This document shows, piece after piece, positions 27,632 through 37,406 of a stretch of 64,000 nucleotides of DNA. The notes beneath the pieces were generated by a model. The model was not told the origin of the DNA and did not search any database. It saw only the letters and a list, made by a program, of their open reading frames with translations. The position numbers were made by a program, and so were the translations under genes. Within the stretch, counting starts at the first letter, position 1; each line of letters starts with the position of its first letter. The DNA comes from Candidatus Krumholzibacteriota bacterium (GTDB lineage: Bacteria; Krumholzibacteriota; Krumholzibacteriia; JAJRXK01): positions 141,969-205,968 of the forward strand of contig CAWDWO010000026.1 in NCBI GenBank assembly GCA_963806035.1, written 5' to 3'.

Positions 27632-28515
27632 TGGCTCGAAGTCCCCGTCCTTCGACCGTGGGAGAGCACCGTGTTGGAGAGAAGCATGGCGATGGTCATC
27701 GGGCCCACTCCTCCGGGAACCGGAGAGATCCACGAGGCGAGCTCGGCCACGCCGGGATCGACGTCGCCCATCAAGCGCGTCCCCTTGGGCGCGTCGGCGT
27801 CGGGCACGCGGTGCATGCCGACGTCGAGTACGGCCGCGCCCTCTTTCACGTGTTCGGCCCGCAGCAATCCCGGGGTTCCCGCCGCGGCGACGATGATGTC
27901 GGCCTGTCTGCCCAGCTCGGCGAGACCATGACTTCTGGAATGGTAGATCGTGACCGTCGCGTCCACGCCCTTCTGCGATAGCAAGGCGGCCATGGGGCGT
28001 CCCACGATCAACGAGCGGCCGATGACCAGCGCGCGCTTCCCCGCCACTTCGATTCCGTGTTCTTTGAGCAGGGCCATGCATCCCGCCGGAGTGCAGGGGA
28101 CGAACCGCGCCTGACCGCTGGCCAAAAGACCCACGTTCTCCGGGTGCAGTCCGTCCACGTCCTTCTGCGGATCGATCCAGGAGCGCACTTGTGCCGGATC
28201 GATGGCCTCGGGCAAAGGAAGTTGAACGAGGAGGCCGTCGACTGCATCGTCAGCGTTGACTCTCTCGACCGCCGCACGGAGCTCGCGCGCACTGGTGCTC
28301 GCCGGCAGGCGTTCGACTCCGCCCACGATTCCCATTTTCGCGGCGGCCTTTTCCTTGTTGCGCACGTAGATCGCGCTGGCCGGATCCTCCCCCACCAGGA
28401 TCACTTTGAGTCCCGGAGGCCGGACTCCCTGATCGATGCGGCGCGCCACTTCTTGCGCGAGCTCTCCGCGGATCTTCAGGGCCAGAGCCTTACCATCCAG
28501 GATGCGGGCACTCAT
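27628..28515 (-). CDS. folD: Methylene-THF dehydrogenase/cyclohydrolase
   Basis: YVRNK, VQLPLP, KDVDG, PCTP, PVPGGVGPMT. Confidence 0.97.
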   Translation of the reverse strand: MSARILDGKALALKIRGELAQEVARRIDQGVRPPGLKVILVGEDPASAIYVRNKEKAAAKMGIVGGVERLPASTSARELRAAVERVNADDAVDGLLVQLPLPEAIDPAQVRSWIDPQKDVDGLHPENVGLLASGQARFVPCTPAGCMALLKEHGIEVAGKRALVIGRSLIVGRPMAALLSQKGVDATVTIYHSRSHGLAELGRQADIIVAAAGTPGLLRAEHVKEGAAVLDVGMHRVPDADAPKGTRLMGDVDPGVAELASWISPVPGGVGPMTIAMLLSNTVLSHGRRTGTSSQ

Positions 28516-29306
28516 GCTTCCTCCACGTCGACGAGACGTTCGTGAACTCTCTGTACGAAACGGGCCTTCCCGCTCTCCTCGTCCAGATCGACGATGAGTC
28601 CGCTCAGACGGGGGTCGCCACTGGCGACTTCGAAGCGGTGCGGAAGCCCGCTCACGAACTTGGCCAGAACGTTCTCCCGATCCATGCCGATCACCGAATC
28701 GTAAGGACCGGTCATTCCCAGATCGGAGACAAAAGCGGTTCCCTCGGGGAGAATGCACTCGTCGGCCGTCGGCACGTGGGTGTGGGTGCCCACCACCGCG
28801 GAGACGCGACCGTCGGCGTAGAGCGCCATGGCCTTCTTCTCGCTGGTGGCCTCTCCGTGAAAGTCGAGCAGGAAGATATCCGCCGAAGAACGCAATTCCT
28901 CCAGGAGAGAATCGAGGGCCCTGAATGGACAGTCCAAAGGCGGCATGAAAACGCGGCCCTGCAGGCTCAGCACAGCGACCCGGGTGCCCGCGACTTCGGT
29001 GAGATGATAACGGCGTCCCGGAGTTCCCTCGGGATAGTTCGCCGGGCGCACCAGGCGCTCCTCCGCCTCGAGGTACGCTTCGCTTCCCCTGCGATCCCAG
29101 AGGTGGTTGCCTCCGGTCATGACGTCGACCCCGGACTCGAGAATCTCGCGCCCGACTTTTTCGTTGAGACCGAATCCCGAAGCGGCGTTCTCGACGTTTG
29201 CCACCACGAGCTGAGGCGCGTAGGAGTTCTTGACCCCCGGCAAGAGACGTCGCAGAGCCTTCCGGCCGGGACGCCCCACGATGTCTCCGATGAAAAAGAT
29301 GCGCAT
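28512..29306 (-). CDS. ymdB: YmdB-like metallophosphoesterase (TIGR00282)
   Basis: GDIVG, NVEN, GNH, DFHGEATSEK, GTHTHV, GMTGP. Confidence 0.93.
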   Translation of the reverse strand: MRIFFIGDIVGRPGRKALRRLLPGVKNSYAPQLVVANVENAASGFGLNEKVGREILESGVDVMTGGNHLWDRRGSEAYLEAEERLVRPANYPEGTPGRRYHLTEVAGTRVAVLSLQGRVFMPPLDCPFRALDSLLEELRSSADIFLLDFHGEATSEKKAMALYADGRVSAVVGTHTHVPTADECILPEGTAFVSDLGMTGPYDSVIGMDRENVLAKFVSGLPHRFEVASGDPRLSGLIVDLDEESGKARFVQRVHERLVDVEEA

Positions 29307-29328
29307 GAAGTCACTCTCGAAGGGTGAA

Positions 29329-29515
29329 TGGAGTAGGCCCGCAAGGCCGTGTGCACGGGACCCTTTGAACCATTCGGTTCAAGTGGAGTCCCTGCCACGA
29401 GCCTCGGCCTTTCCTTTCGCAAGACTTGGCCTCGGGATCATGAACTGCGGAACTCCGTGGTCTACTTGTTGGCTCAAAAACGTCGGTGCATCACAAACAC
29501 CGCAGGGATACTCCA
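29329..29515 (-). ncRNA. ssrS: 6S RNA
   Basis: About 187 nt downstream of zapA; terminal pairing GGAGTA/TACTCC; TCCCTGCGGTGTT..TGAGCCAACA..CACTTGAACC..GGTTCAA..GCACACGG. Confidence 0.85.
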
Positions 29516-29531
29516 ATCGTCAAAGAAAGCC

Positions 29532-29819
29532 TCAGCCGGGGATCTTCTCCAGGCTTTTCAGCAGCTTCTGTGCGCGTTTGCGCAGCTCTTTGTGAGTGCG
29601 CTGGCGGCCTTCCCTCTCCTGGAAGAGCTCGTCGGCGATGTTCAAGGAGGCGAGGATTGCCACCCGCAAGGAGGTGATCTGGCTCGTCGAGGAAGCAACC
29701 TCGTTCATGCGCTCGTCCACGTACTTGGCGATTTCGCGCACGTAAGCCGCATCATCTCCGCCACGGACACTGTAATCCTGGCCGAAGATCGTGACCGTGG
29801 TCACACCAGGCTCCATCAC
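29532..29819 (-). CDS. zapA: Cell division protein ZapA
   Basis: VTIFGQDY..YVDERM..AILASLNIADEL. Confidence 0.9.
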   Translation of the reverse strand: MMEPGVTTVTIFGQDYSVRGGDDAAYVREIAKYVDERMNEVASSTSQITSLRVAILASLNIADELFQEREGRQRTHKELRKRAQKLLKSLEKIPG

Positions 29820-29932
29820 TGCCTCCCCCTCTGAGGTCTGTAGCTACTTCGTCGCGCGTACCGCCGGCTGCGGTCCTCTCGTCCACGAGTACTTCTAGCT
29901 TAATCCGGCGGCCTGCCTCACGGCAAGCGCGC

Positions 29933-32356
29933 TCATTCCGCTCTCAACTTGACTCTCAGCTCCAACTCCATTCTCTTCAGCATCTTGCCGAGAAGCTGGT
30001 CGACGCGCTTGTCCTTGAGCGTCCCCTTGATGCTGCGAAGCACCAGGCGCACCCCCAGCGCGCGCTCGGCCGAGCCGATTCCCTCGCCCTCGTAGAGGTC
30101 GAAGACGTCCAGGCTCTCCAGCAGCTCGCCGCCTTCCTCTCTGAGGAGTGCGGCGATGGCGCCGTAGGCAACCCCCTTGGGCACCAAAAGACTCAGGTCG
30201 CGCCGTACCGGCGGATAGATGGGGACCGGCTGGTAGCTCCTCCCCTGCGGCAGGGCCTCCTTCAGAGCGCTGAGCGAGAGCCTGGCGTGCAACACCGGTC
30301 CCTCCAGATCGAAGGCTTTGAGTACTTTCGGGTGCAGGAGCCCCATGCGGCCGAGTTCCCGGGAACCGTCGGATACCACTGCCCCACTGCCCGGCGCGTA
30401 AAAGCTCTCGTCCTGGCCCGGGGCGCAGTGCGGACGAATCCCCAGGCTCTCCAGCGCGAGTTCGATCTCTCCGCGGGCGTCGAAGAGATCCACGGGACGC
30501 GGCTCGCGCGAAAAATGCGCGGTTTCAGCCGGACCGGCCCATACCATCACCACCGCCTCTGGCTCTTGCGGCAATGCCTCGTCCTGCTGCTTGAGAAAGC
30601 AACGATCCAGCTGGAAGAAGCGGATGGGGCCGCTGAATGCCCGACGGCGATTGCGGTCCACGAAACGCAGCATCTCGGGCAGCGAGCTCGTCTTCATCAG
30701 ACCCTCGCCGGCCACCAGGGGATTCAAAACTTCCACCGCGCTGCGACGGGGATCGTCCTCGCCGAGACGGAGACGGTCCGGGTCCTTCGACTCCATGAAG
30801 GAAGATCCAGCAACTTCGTGAAAACCGACGGCCGAGAAATGCTGGCGCAGTTGGCTCCTGAGCATCTCCGCTTTCTCACGGCGCGCGGGACGCAGCATGG
30901 GGGCGCGATCGCGCACCGGAATGTTGTCGTAGCCGTAGAGCCGCGCGATTTCCTCGATCGCATCGACCTCCTCCAGGAGATCGCGTCGGAAGCTGGGCGC
31001 CTTCACCCACACTCCGCTCTCGCCCTCCTCCTCGCCTTCCTGGGCGGAGATCTGCAGGCGGTCCAGAATCTTCGTGATCTGCCCGGTCGAAAGCTCCACC
31101 CCCAAGAGACGCCGCACTTGTTTGGAGCGCACGAAAAAGGAGGCGGGACTCGGGAGCGACTTGCCCAGAGCCTGGATCGCTCGCGAGCTCGCCGTCCCCC
31201 CGCAACACTGCGTGAGCAGTTGCACGAGCCGCGACTGAACCCAGGGAATCATTTCCTGATCGCAACCCCGCTCGAAGCGATAGGAGGCGTCTGTGTTCAT
31301 TCCAAGATCCCGGCGCATGGCGCGCACCGTCTGCGGATCGAAGTTCGCAACCTCGAGCAAGAGATCGGTCGTATCGTCGGAAACTTCGGTGCGGTTGCCA
31401 CCCATCAGTCCGGCCAGCGCGGCGGGGCCTTTTGCGTCCGCGATCACCAGATGAGAGGGCTCGAGGGCGCGCTTCTGCTCATCCAGGGTCACGCAGGTTT
31501 CGCCCTTCTTGGCGCGCCGGACGATGATTTCCTTTCCTTCGATTTTCTTCAGGTCGAAGGCGTGATTGGGCTGCCCACATTCGTGCAACAAATAGTTGCT
31601 GCAATCCACGACCGCGTTGATCGGCCGCTGCCCGATTGCCAAGAGCCTTCGCCTCATCCACTCGGGAGTTTTCGCCATCGCGAGTCCGTGAACGATACGC
31701 CCGGTATAGCGCGGGCAGGCGCCCTCGTCCTCGCAGCGCACGCGATAGCCTTCGTCCTCCAGGGCCAACTCGAGCTTCTCATCCACCTGCGGCAAGCGCA
31801 GTTCCTTGCCGTACTTCGCGGCCAGCTCGCGCGCCACCCCAATGTGACTCAACCAGTCGGGACGGTTGGGCGTGACCTCGATCTCCACACAGGTGTCCTT
31901 CCACCCGAAGATCTCGTCCACCGAAGTTCCGATTGCGTGCGTTCCGTCCAGCTCCAGAATGCCGCTGTGACCCTCGCCCAATCCCAGTTCACGCTCGCTG
32001 CAAATCATTCCCAGCGAAACCTCGCCGCGGATCTTGCTCTTCTTGATGGTCGTTCCGTCGGGCAAGGTGGCACCGGGAGTCGCGAAGGCGACCTTGAGGC
32101 CTTGACGCACGTTGGGGGCACCGCAGACCACCGGATACTCCGTGGCGCCGTCGCTGACCACGCAGACGCTCAATCGATCCGCGTTGGGATGGCGGCCGTG
32201 CTGCAACACGTGCCCCACCACGATTCCCGGGAAGCTCAGGCCTACCTCTTCCACCTGCTCGACTTCCAGGCCCAAAAGAGTCAGATCCTGGCAGATCGAC
32301 TCGATCTCTCGTGGCAGATCCACGAGTTCACGCAACCACTCGATGGAGAGCTTCAC
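29933..32356 (-). CDS. pheT: Phenylalanyl-tRNA synthetase beta subunit
   Basis: HPNADRL, VCGAPN, TPNRPD, RFERG, RRDLS, FDLYEG. Confidence 0.97.
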   Translation of the reverse strand: MKLSIEWLRELVDLPREIESICQDLTLLGLEVEQVEEVGLSFPGIVVGHVLQHGRHPNADRLSVCVVSDGATEYPVVCGAPNVRQGLKVAFATPGATLPDGTTIKKSKIRGEVSLGMICSERELGLGEGHSGILELDGTHAIGTSVDEIFGWKDTCVEIEVTPNRPDWLSHIGVARELAAKYGKELRLPQVDEKLELALEDEGYRVRCEDEGACPRYTGRIVHGLAMAKTPEWMRRRLLAIGQRPINAVVDCSNYLLHECGQPNHAFDLKKIEGKEIIVRRAKKGETCVTLDEQKRALEPSHLVIADAKGPAALAGLMGGNRTEVSDDTTDLLLEVANFDPQTVRAMRRDLGMNTDASYRFERGCDQEMIPWVQSRLVQLLTQCCGGTASSRAIQALGKSLPSPASFFVRSKQVRRLLGVELSTGQITKILDRLQISAQEGEEEGESGVWVKAPSFRRDLLEEVDAIEEIARLYGYDNIPVRDRAPMLRPARREKAEMLRSQLRQHFSAVGFHEVAGSSFMESKDPDRLRLGEDDPRRSAVEVLNPLVAGEGLMKTSSLPEMLRFVDRNRRRAFSGPIRFFQLDRCFLKQQDEALPQEPEAVVMVWAGPAETAHFSREPRPVDLFDARGEIELALESLGIRPHCAPGQDESFYAPGSGAVVSDGSRELGRMGLLHPKVLKAFDLEGPVLHARLSLSALKEALPQGRSYQPVPIYPPVRRDLSLLVPKGVAYGAIAALLREEGGELLESLDVFDLYEGEGIGSAERALGVRLVLRSIKGTLKDKRVDQLLGKMLKRMELELRVKLRAE

Positions 32357-32371
32357 GATCGACTCCTCGAC

Positions 32372-33367
32372 TCAGGACGGAAACTGCGAAAGAAAGCGAA
32401 TGTCGTTCTCGTAGAGCAGCCGAATGTCGGGAATGTCCGCATTCACCATGGCCAGACGATCAATGCCCATTCCGAAGGCAAAGCCCGTGTATTCATCGGG
32501 CGAATAGCCGCAGTTCTGAAACACGTGCGGATGCACCATGCCCGCGCCCATGATCTCGAGCCACTGCCCCTTGCCGCCACTCTCCCACCACAGATCGACT
32601 TCCACGCTGGGCTCGGTGAAGGGAAAGAAGTGCGGACGAAAACGCAGACGGGGATTTTCTTCCTCGCGGAAGGCCTTGACGAAGGCGTAGACCGTGGCCT
32701 TCAGATCGGCCATGGAGACGCCCTTGTCCACGAAGAGTCCCTCGATTTGGTAGAACTCCGCGGCATGACTCGCGTCGGGCTGCTCCTGCCGGTAGACGCG
32801 TCCCGGAGCGAGGATCGCGATGGGAGGCGTGTGGGCCCGCATGTAGCGCACCTGTACCGGAGAGGTCTGTGTCCGCAGCACCACTTCGTCGTTCACGTAA
32901 AAAGTGTCTTGCAGATCCCGGCTTGGATGGTCGTCGGGGAAGTTCAGGGCGGTGAAGTTGAGAGCATCCAGTTCCACGTCCGGTCCGTCCGCGCGGGAAT
33001 ACCCCATGCCGTGAAAGATGTCGCAGATCTTTTCGATGCTCTGTTGAAGGAGGTGGAGGCTGCCCGCGTGCGGTCTCCGCGCGGGCAAACTCAAATCGAA
33101 GCGCACCGTCTTGTCGTTACCCTTGGCGTCCAGCGCTTCGCGACGCTGGTTCAGGGCGAGGGTGAGTTCCTCTTTGGCCGCATTCAGGGCCTGTCCCACC
33201 TGGGGACGCTCCTCCGCCGGCACTTCCTTCAATCCGCGAAGGAGCGAGGTCAAATCGCCCTTCCGTCCCAGGTAGCGAATCCTGGCTTCCTCCAGGCTCG
33301 CCGCGTCTTCCGCCGCGCGGATCGCCTTGGAAGCCTCGCTCAGAATCTCCTGGATTCTCTCCTGCAT
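32372..33367 (-). CDS. pheS: Phenylalanyl-tRNA synthetase alpha subunit
   Basis: HPSRDLQDTFY, LRTQTS, FPFTEPS, GFAFGMGIDR. Confidence 0.97.
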   Translation of the reverse strand: MQERIQEILSEASKAIRAAEDAASLEEARIRYLGRKGDLTSLLRGLKEVPAEERPQVGQALNAAKEELTLALNQRREALDAKGNDKTVRFDLSLPARRPHAGSLHLLQQSIEKICDIFHGMGYSRADGPDVELDALNFTALNFPDDHPSRDLQDTFYVNDEVVLRTQTSPVQVRYMRAHTPPIAILAPGRVYRQEQPDASHAAEFYQIEGLFVDKGVSMADLKATVYAFVKAFREEENPRLRFRPHFFPFTEPSVEVDLWWESGGKGQWLEIMGAGMVHPHVFQNCGYSPDEYTGFAFGMGIDRLAMVNADIPDIRLLYENDIRFLSQFPS

Positions 33368-33383
33368 TCCATCCTCCCGGATC

Positions 33384-33420
33384 AAAGACCGCCCCGAAGC
33401 CAGCTGGGCCCGGGGCGGTG
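33384..33420 (-). terminator. Terminator-like hairpin after rplT
   Basis: ACCGCCCCG..CGGGGCGGT followed by CTTT. Confidence 0.5.
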
Positions 33421-33448
33421 CGAATTTCTCCTCACAATGCCGCGACGA

Positions 33449-33802
33449 TCAGAGATGGGCCTTGGCGAGCTCGGCGATCTTCGCAAAGCTCTGCTCATCT
33501 TTCACCGCGAGATCCGCGAGAATTTTGCGGTCGATCTCCACTTTGGCCGCCTTGAGACCACAGATGAGACGACTGTAGTTGAGTCCATGAATCCTCGCAG
33601 CTGCGTTGATACGAGTGATCCAGAGACGGCGGAAATCCCGCTTCTTGTTGCGACGATCGCGGTAGGCGTAGGCCAGGGCGCGGTCGACGGTCTCCTGCGC
33701 GGTGCGATTCAGTTTGCTGCGTCCGCCGTAATAGCCGCGCGCCCTCTGCAGGACCTTCTTGCGACGGGCGCGACTTGCGGGGTTGTTGGTTGCTCGTGAC
33801 AT
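33449..33802 (-). CDS. rplT: 50S ribosomal protein L20
   Basis: [24 protein letters not shown]. Confidence 0.98.
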   Translation of the reverse strand: MSRATNNPASRARRKKVLQRARGYYGGRSKLNRTAQETVDRALAYAYRDRRNKKRDFRRLWITRINAAARIHGLNYSRLICGLKAAKVEIDRKILADLAVKDEQSFAKIAELAKAHL

Positions 33803-33832
33803 GGTCGAACCTTCCTCTTGAACTCCGTTGGC

Positions 33833-34030
33833 CTAGCCGCCCGCCAGCATCTTCTTGACCCGGCTTTCATCCACCGAGGCCACGAGCGTCAACTGGCGCA
33901 GATTGCGCTTTCTCTTGGTCGTCTTCTTCGTGAAAATGTGGCCATGGAAGGCCTTCTGCCGGCGTATCTTGCCGCTTCCGGTACGTCGAAACCGTTTCGC
34001 GGCAGCCCGGTTACTTTTCATCTTGGGCAT
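33833..34030 (-). CDS. rpmI: 50S ribosomal protein L35
   Basis: [21 protein letters not shown]. Confidence 0.98.
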   Translation of the reverse strand: MPKMKSNRAAAKRFRRTGSGKIRRQKAFHGHIFTKKTTKRKRNLRQLTLVASVDESRVKKMLAGG

Positions 34031-34094
34031 TTCGCCCTCCTGAGTCTGAAAGATCCTCACGCGAATGCACGGTGCCTCGCGCCTCTCGCCACGG

Positions 34095-34625
34095 CTATTT
34101 CTTGCTCGGTGGCATCAACATCAAAGAGAGGGTATTCCCTTCCATCTTGGGTGGATCGACCACGAGCGCCGCTTCGTCCAAGTCCTGAAGCAGTCGCGTG
34201 ATCACCATCATCCCTCGCTCCTTGTGCGCCATTTCCCGTCCGCGGTACTGCACGAGGACCTTCACCCTCTCCCCCGCGGCCAAGAACTCGAGAATGTGCT
34301 TCTTCTTGAAGTTGTAATCGTGCTCTTCCGTCTTGGGACGGAACTTGATCATCTTCACCTTTTGGCGCTGCTGCTTGGACTTGGCGTGCTTCTGTCGCTT
34401 GCTTTCTTCGTACTTGAAGCGCCCGTAGTCCATGATCCGGCAAACGGGAGGACGCGCGGTGGGGGCAACTTCCACGAGGTCCAAGCCTCGGTCCTGCGCC
34501 AGCTCCAGAGCATCCCTGGTTTCCATGATCCCGAGCTGCTCCCCCTCTTCGTCGATCACGCGGATCTGCGGAATGCGGATCTGGTAATTGACTCGATTCT
34601 GGGGAGTCGATGACGAATTGGCGAT
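34095..34625 (-). CDS. infC: Translation initiation factor IF-3, non-canonical ATC start
   Basis: SD GGAGGT-6nt-ATC in frame gives [40 protein letters not shown]. Confidence 0.93.
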   Translation of the reverse strand: MANSSSTPQNRVNYQIRIPQIRVIDEEGEQLGIMETRDALELAQDRGLDLVEVAPTARPPVCRIMDYGRFKYEESKRQKHAKSKQQRQKVKMIKFRPKTEEHDYNFKKKHILEFLAAGERVKVLVQYRGREMAHKERGMMVITRLLQDLDEAALVVDPPKMEGNTLSLMLMPPSKK

Positions 34626-34662
34626 ATCGAGACCTCCTTCGTCTCACTGGGCTCCTCTTACG

Positions 34663-34777
34663 ACAAAAGGAGCAAACCACATGGTCTGCTCCCTCACTCA
34701 GAGTGCCTCGGGAACCCGGTCAGATGACGGTGGCACGCTTGGCCTCCGCCGGGTGAGAAGCAGACCGCTTCTACTTG
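34663..34777 (-). promoter_or_regulatory. L20-leader-type transcription attenuator
   Basis: AGAAGC-GGTCT-GCTTCT hairpin, CACCCGG..CCGGGT stem, terminator GGAGCAGACC-ATGT-GGTTTGCTCC-TTTT; GGTCTGCTTC can pair with the terminator 5' arm. Confidence 0.8.
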
Positions 34778-34831
34778 TTGATTTTTCGGCCCTCGCGCCG
34801 GCCTCAGCCGGCGTCAAATGCCCGCAGCAAT

Positions 34832-36757
34832 CTAGCGCTTGGCCTCGATTTCGTCAAGGAGGGCCGAAATGAAGCCCTCCAGCTCCCTCGTGCCCAGGTC
34901 GCCCTCTCCATGACGGCGCACCGAGACCGTACCGGCCTCGCGCTCGCGCTCGCCGAGGACCGCCATGTACCGCACCTTCTCCAGCTCTGCGTCGCGGATC
35001 TTGCGGCCGATCTTCTCGTCCCGGGTGTCCACCTGGCTGCGGATTCCGGCCCCTTTGAGCTTGGCGTCGAGCTGCTTGGCGTAGTCCAGCACCTGCTCGT
35101 TCACCGGCAGAATGGCCACCTGCAGAGGCGCCAGCCAGAGGGGGAATTCCCCGGCGAACTGCTCGGTGAGCATTCCGATGAAACGCTCGAGGGAGCCGAA
35201 GATGGCCCGGTGAACCATGTACACGTTCTTGCGTTCGCCTTGGTTGTCCACGTATTCCACACCGAAGCGGCGCGGCAGGTTGAAATCGAACTGGCAGGTG
35301 GAGGTCTGCCACTTGCGCCCCAGGGCATCCACCAGCTTCACGTCGATCTTCGGCCCGTAGAAGACCGCTTCGCCCTCCATGCGGCGGTAGCTGAGGCCCT
35401 CGGCCTCGATGGCCTTGACCAGCGAGAGCTCGGCCCTTTCCCACTCCTCGTCGCTGCCGGCGTACTTCCCCTTGTTCTGGGGGTCGCGCACGCTCAACTC
35501 GACGTGGAATTCCTCGAAGCCAAAGGTGGTCAGGATGTGCCGCGTGAGACGCAAGACGCCCAGCACCTCCTCCTCCAGCTGTTCCGGCGTGCAGAAGATG
35601 TGGGCATCGTCCTGGGTGAAGCCACGTACCCTGAGCATCCCGTGCAGGGTGCCGCTGCGTTCGTAACGATACACGGTGCCCATCTCCGCATAGCGGACGG
35701 GAAGATCACGGTAACTCCACAGACGCCGCTTGTAGATCAGCACGTGACCGGGACAGTTCATGGGCTTGACGACGTACTGCTGATTCTCGATCTCGAAGAG
35801 GTACATGTTCTCCTTGTAGAAGTCCATGTGCCCCGAAGTGCGCCAGAGATCGGCGCGGCTGATGTGCGGCGTGTCCACCATCAGATAGCCGTGCTTGAGG
35901 TGCTCTTGTTTCCAGAAGTCGATGAGAACGTGGCGCAGGACGGAGCCCTTGGGGTGATAGAACGCCAGTCCCCCACCGGCCTCGTCTTGAATGGAGTAGA
36001 GATCGAGCTCCTTGCCCAGCTTGCGGTGGTCGCGCTTCTTGGCCTCCTCGATCTGCTTCAAGTAGGCGTCGAGATCCTGCTTGGAAAACCACGAGGTGCC
36101 GTAGATGCGCTGTAGCTGTTCCCGGTTCTCGTCTCCGCGCCAATAGGCTCCCGCCACGCTCAAGAGTTTGAAGGCCTTGATGCTCTTGGTGTTGGGAACG
36201 TGCGGCCCCTCGCAGAGATCGGTGAACTCGCCCATGTGGTAGGCGTAGATCTCCTGCCCCGCGAGTTCCTCGATCTGCTCCACCTTGAAGGGCTGGTCGC
36301 CGAAACGTTTCAGAGCGTCCGCGCGACCGATCCTCTCGCGCACGATGGGAAAACTCTGCTTCGCCAGCTCGCGCATCCTCTTCTCGATCTTTTCCAGATC
36401 CTGTTCGGAGAAGGGCTGGTCCACTTTGATGTCGTAGTAGAAACCGTTTTCGACCGGCGGACCGAAAGCGAACTGGGCTCCGGGGAAGAGCTCCTGGATC
36501 GCGTAGGCCATGAGGTGCGCCGTACTGTGCCTGAGCACGTCCAGCGCTTCCTCGGAACTCTTGGTCACCACCTCGAGTCGAGCGTCTTCTTCGAGAGGCT
36601 CATCGAAGGGTTGGTAGTCCCCATCGACCTTGGCCGCGACGGCGGCCCGCGCCAGTCCCTCTCCGATAGTCGTGATGGCCGACAGAACCGTGCTTCCGCG
36701 CGGGACCTCGATCGAGTTTCCATCGGGCAGACTCAGGGTGACTGTCGACTCGGCCAT
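34832..36757 (-). CDS. thrS: Threonyl-tRNA synthetase
   Basis: TGS domain, RHSTAH, DLCEGPH, RDHRKLG, KPMNCPGH, FYGPKID. Confidence 0.98.
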   Translation of the reverse strand: MAESTVTLSLPDGNSIEVPRGSTVLSAITTIGEGLARAAVAAKVDGDYQPFDEPLEEDARLEVVTKSSEEALDVLRHSTAHLMAYAIQELFPGAQFAFGPPVENGFYYDIKVDQPFSEQDLEKIEKRMRELAKQSFPIVRERIGRADALKRFGDQPFKVEQIEELAGQEIYAYHMGEFTDLCEGPHVPNTKSIKAFKLLSVAGAYWRGDENREQLQRIYGTSWFSKQDLDAYLKQIEEAKKRDHRKLGKELDLYSIQDEAGGGLAFYHPKGSVLRHVLIDFWKQEHLKHGYLMVDTPHISRADLWRTSGHMDFYKENMYLFEIENQQYVVKPMNCPGHVLIYKRRLWSYRDLPVRYAEMGTVYRYERSGTLHGMLRVRGFTQDDAHIFCTPEQLEEEVLGVLRLTRHILTTFGFEEFHVELSVRDPQNKGKYAGSDEEWERAELSLVKAIEAEGLSYRRMEGEAVFYGPKIDVKLVDALGRKWQTSTCQFDFNLPRRFGVEYVDNQGERKNVYMVHRAIFGSLERFIGMLTEQFAGEFPLWLAPLQVAILPVNEQVLDYAKQLDAKLKGAGIRSQVDTRDEKIGRKIRDAELEKVRYMAVLGEREREAGTVSVRRHGEGDLGTRELEGFISALLDEIEAKR

Positions 36758-36786
36758 GACCGCTCCTTCGACCAGCTCGTCGAACG

Positions 36787-36812
36787 AAAAAGGCGAACCC
36801 GGAGGTTCACCC
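36787..36812 (-). terminator. Intrinsic terminator between tRNA-Val and thrS
   Basis: GGTGAACC-TCCG-GGTTCGCC-TTTTT. Confidence 0.65.
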
Positions 36813-36874
36813 AAGAGAATGGCCCCGCGGGCCCGCGCGCTCCCTCCGAAGGAGCGCTATCTCGAGATTTGAGG

Positions 36875-36952
36875 TGGTGGGCGATACTGGACTTGAACCA
36901 GTGACCTCTTACATGTCAAGCAAGCGCTCTAACCAAGCTGAGCTAATCGCCC
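36875..36952 (-). tRNA. tRNA-Val(GAC)
   Basis: GGGCGAT acceptor stem; loop TT-GAC-AT; CCA encoded. Confidence 0.97.
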
Positions 36953-36965
36953 CCAGGAACGCAAA

Positions 36966-36994
36966 GTAATATCCAAGGGGCACCCCCCTGTCAA
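36966..36994 (-). promoter_or_regulatory. Putative sigma70 promoter for tRNA-Val
   Basis: TTGACA-17-TATTAC. Confidence 0.45.
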
Positions 36995-37009
36995 GCCTGA
37001 CAGCCCCTT

Positions 37010-37399
37010 TCAGCGGGGCAGGTGCTCGCGCTTGAAAATCGGAACCCGCGCCTTGAGTTCGTCGATGAGCCAGTGGCAGATGGTGAATGCCTCGGCTCGA
37101 TGCGCCGTCGCCACCGCGATGTACACGGCGCACTCTCCCACTTCGACCACGCCCTTGCGATGCGCCACCACCGCATCGAACTCGGGCCATCTTCCGTGGG
37201 CCTCCTTCAGCAACTCCGCCAGCTTCTTCTCAGCCATCGCGGCGTACGCTTCGTAATCGATGCCACGCAGCTTCAGCCTACCCTCGGTCTCGCGGACCCG
37301 ACCTTGAAAGCTGACGACCGCACCCCGCTCCCCACCGGAAAGCTCCGCCTCCAATCCCACCAGATCGAGCGTCTCGTCGCTGAGGAGAATCCGGTCCAC
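37010..37399 (-). CDS. moaE: Molybdopterin synthase catalytic subunit
   Basis: GAVVSFQGRVR, YEAY, HRKG, HRAEAF, LKARVPIFKRE. Confidence 0.93.
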   Translation of the reverse strand: MDRILLSDETLDLVGLEAELSGGERGAVVSFQGRVRETEGRLKLRGIDYEAYAAMAEKKLAELLKEAHGRWPEFDAVVAHRKGVVEVGECAVYIAVATAHRAEAFTICHWLIDELKARVPIFKREHLPR

Positions 37400-37406
37400 G
37401 GACGGC

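Noticed and set aside
29820..29932. zapB-like ORF upstream of zapA
   Set aside because: Only about 110 nt with no suitable ORF; contains a promoter-like TTGCCG-18-TAAGCT instead
30287..33799. 1170-aa plus-strand ORF
   Set aside because: Antisense shadow of pheT/pheS/rplT; stop-poor reverse frame typical of high-GC coding DNA; no motifs
36758..36874. T-box riboswitch for thrS
   Set aside because: Too short; no specifier stem or complete UGGNACC bulge
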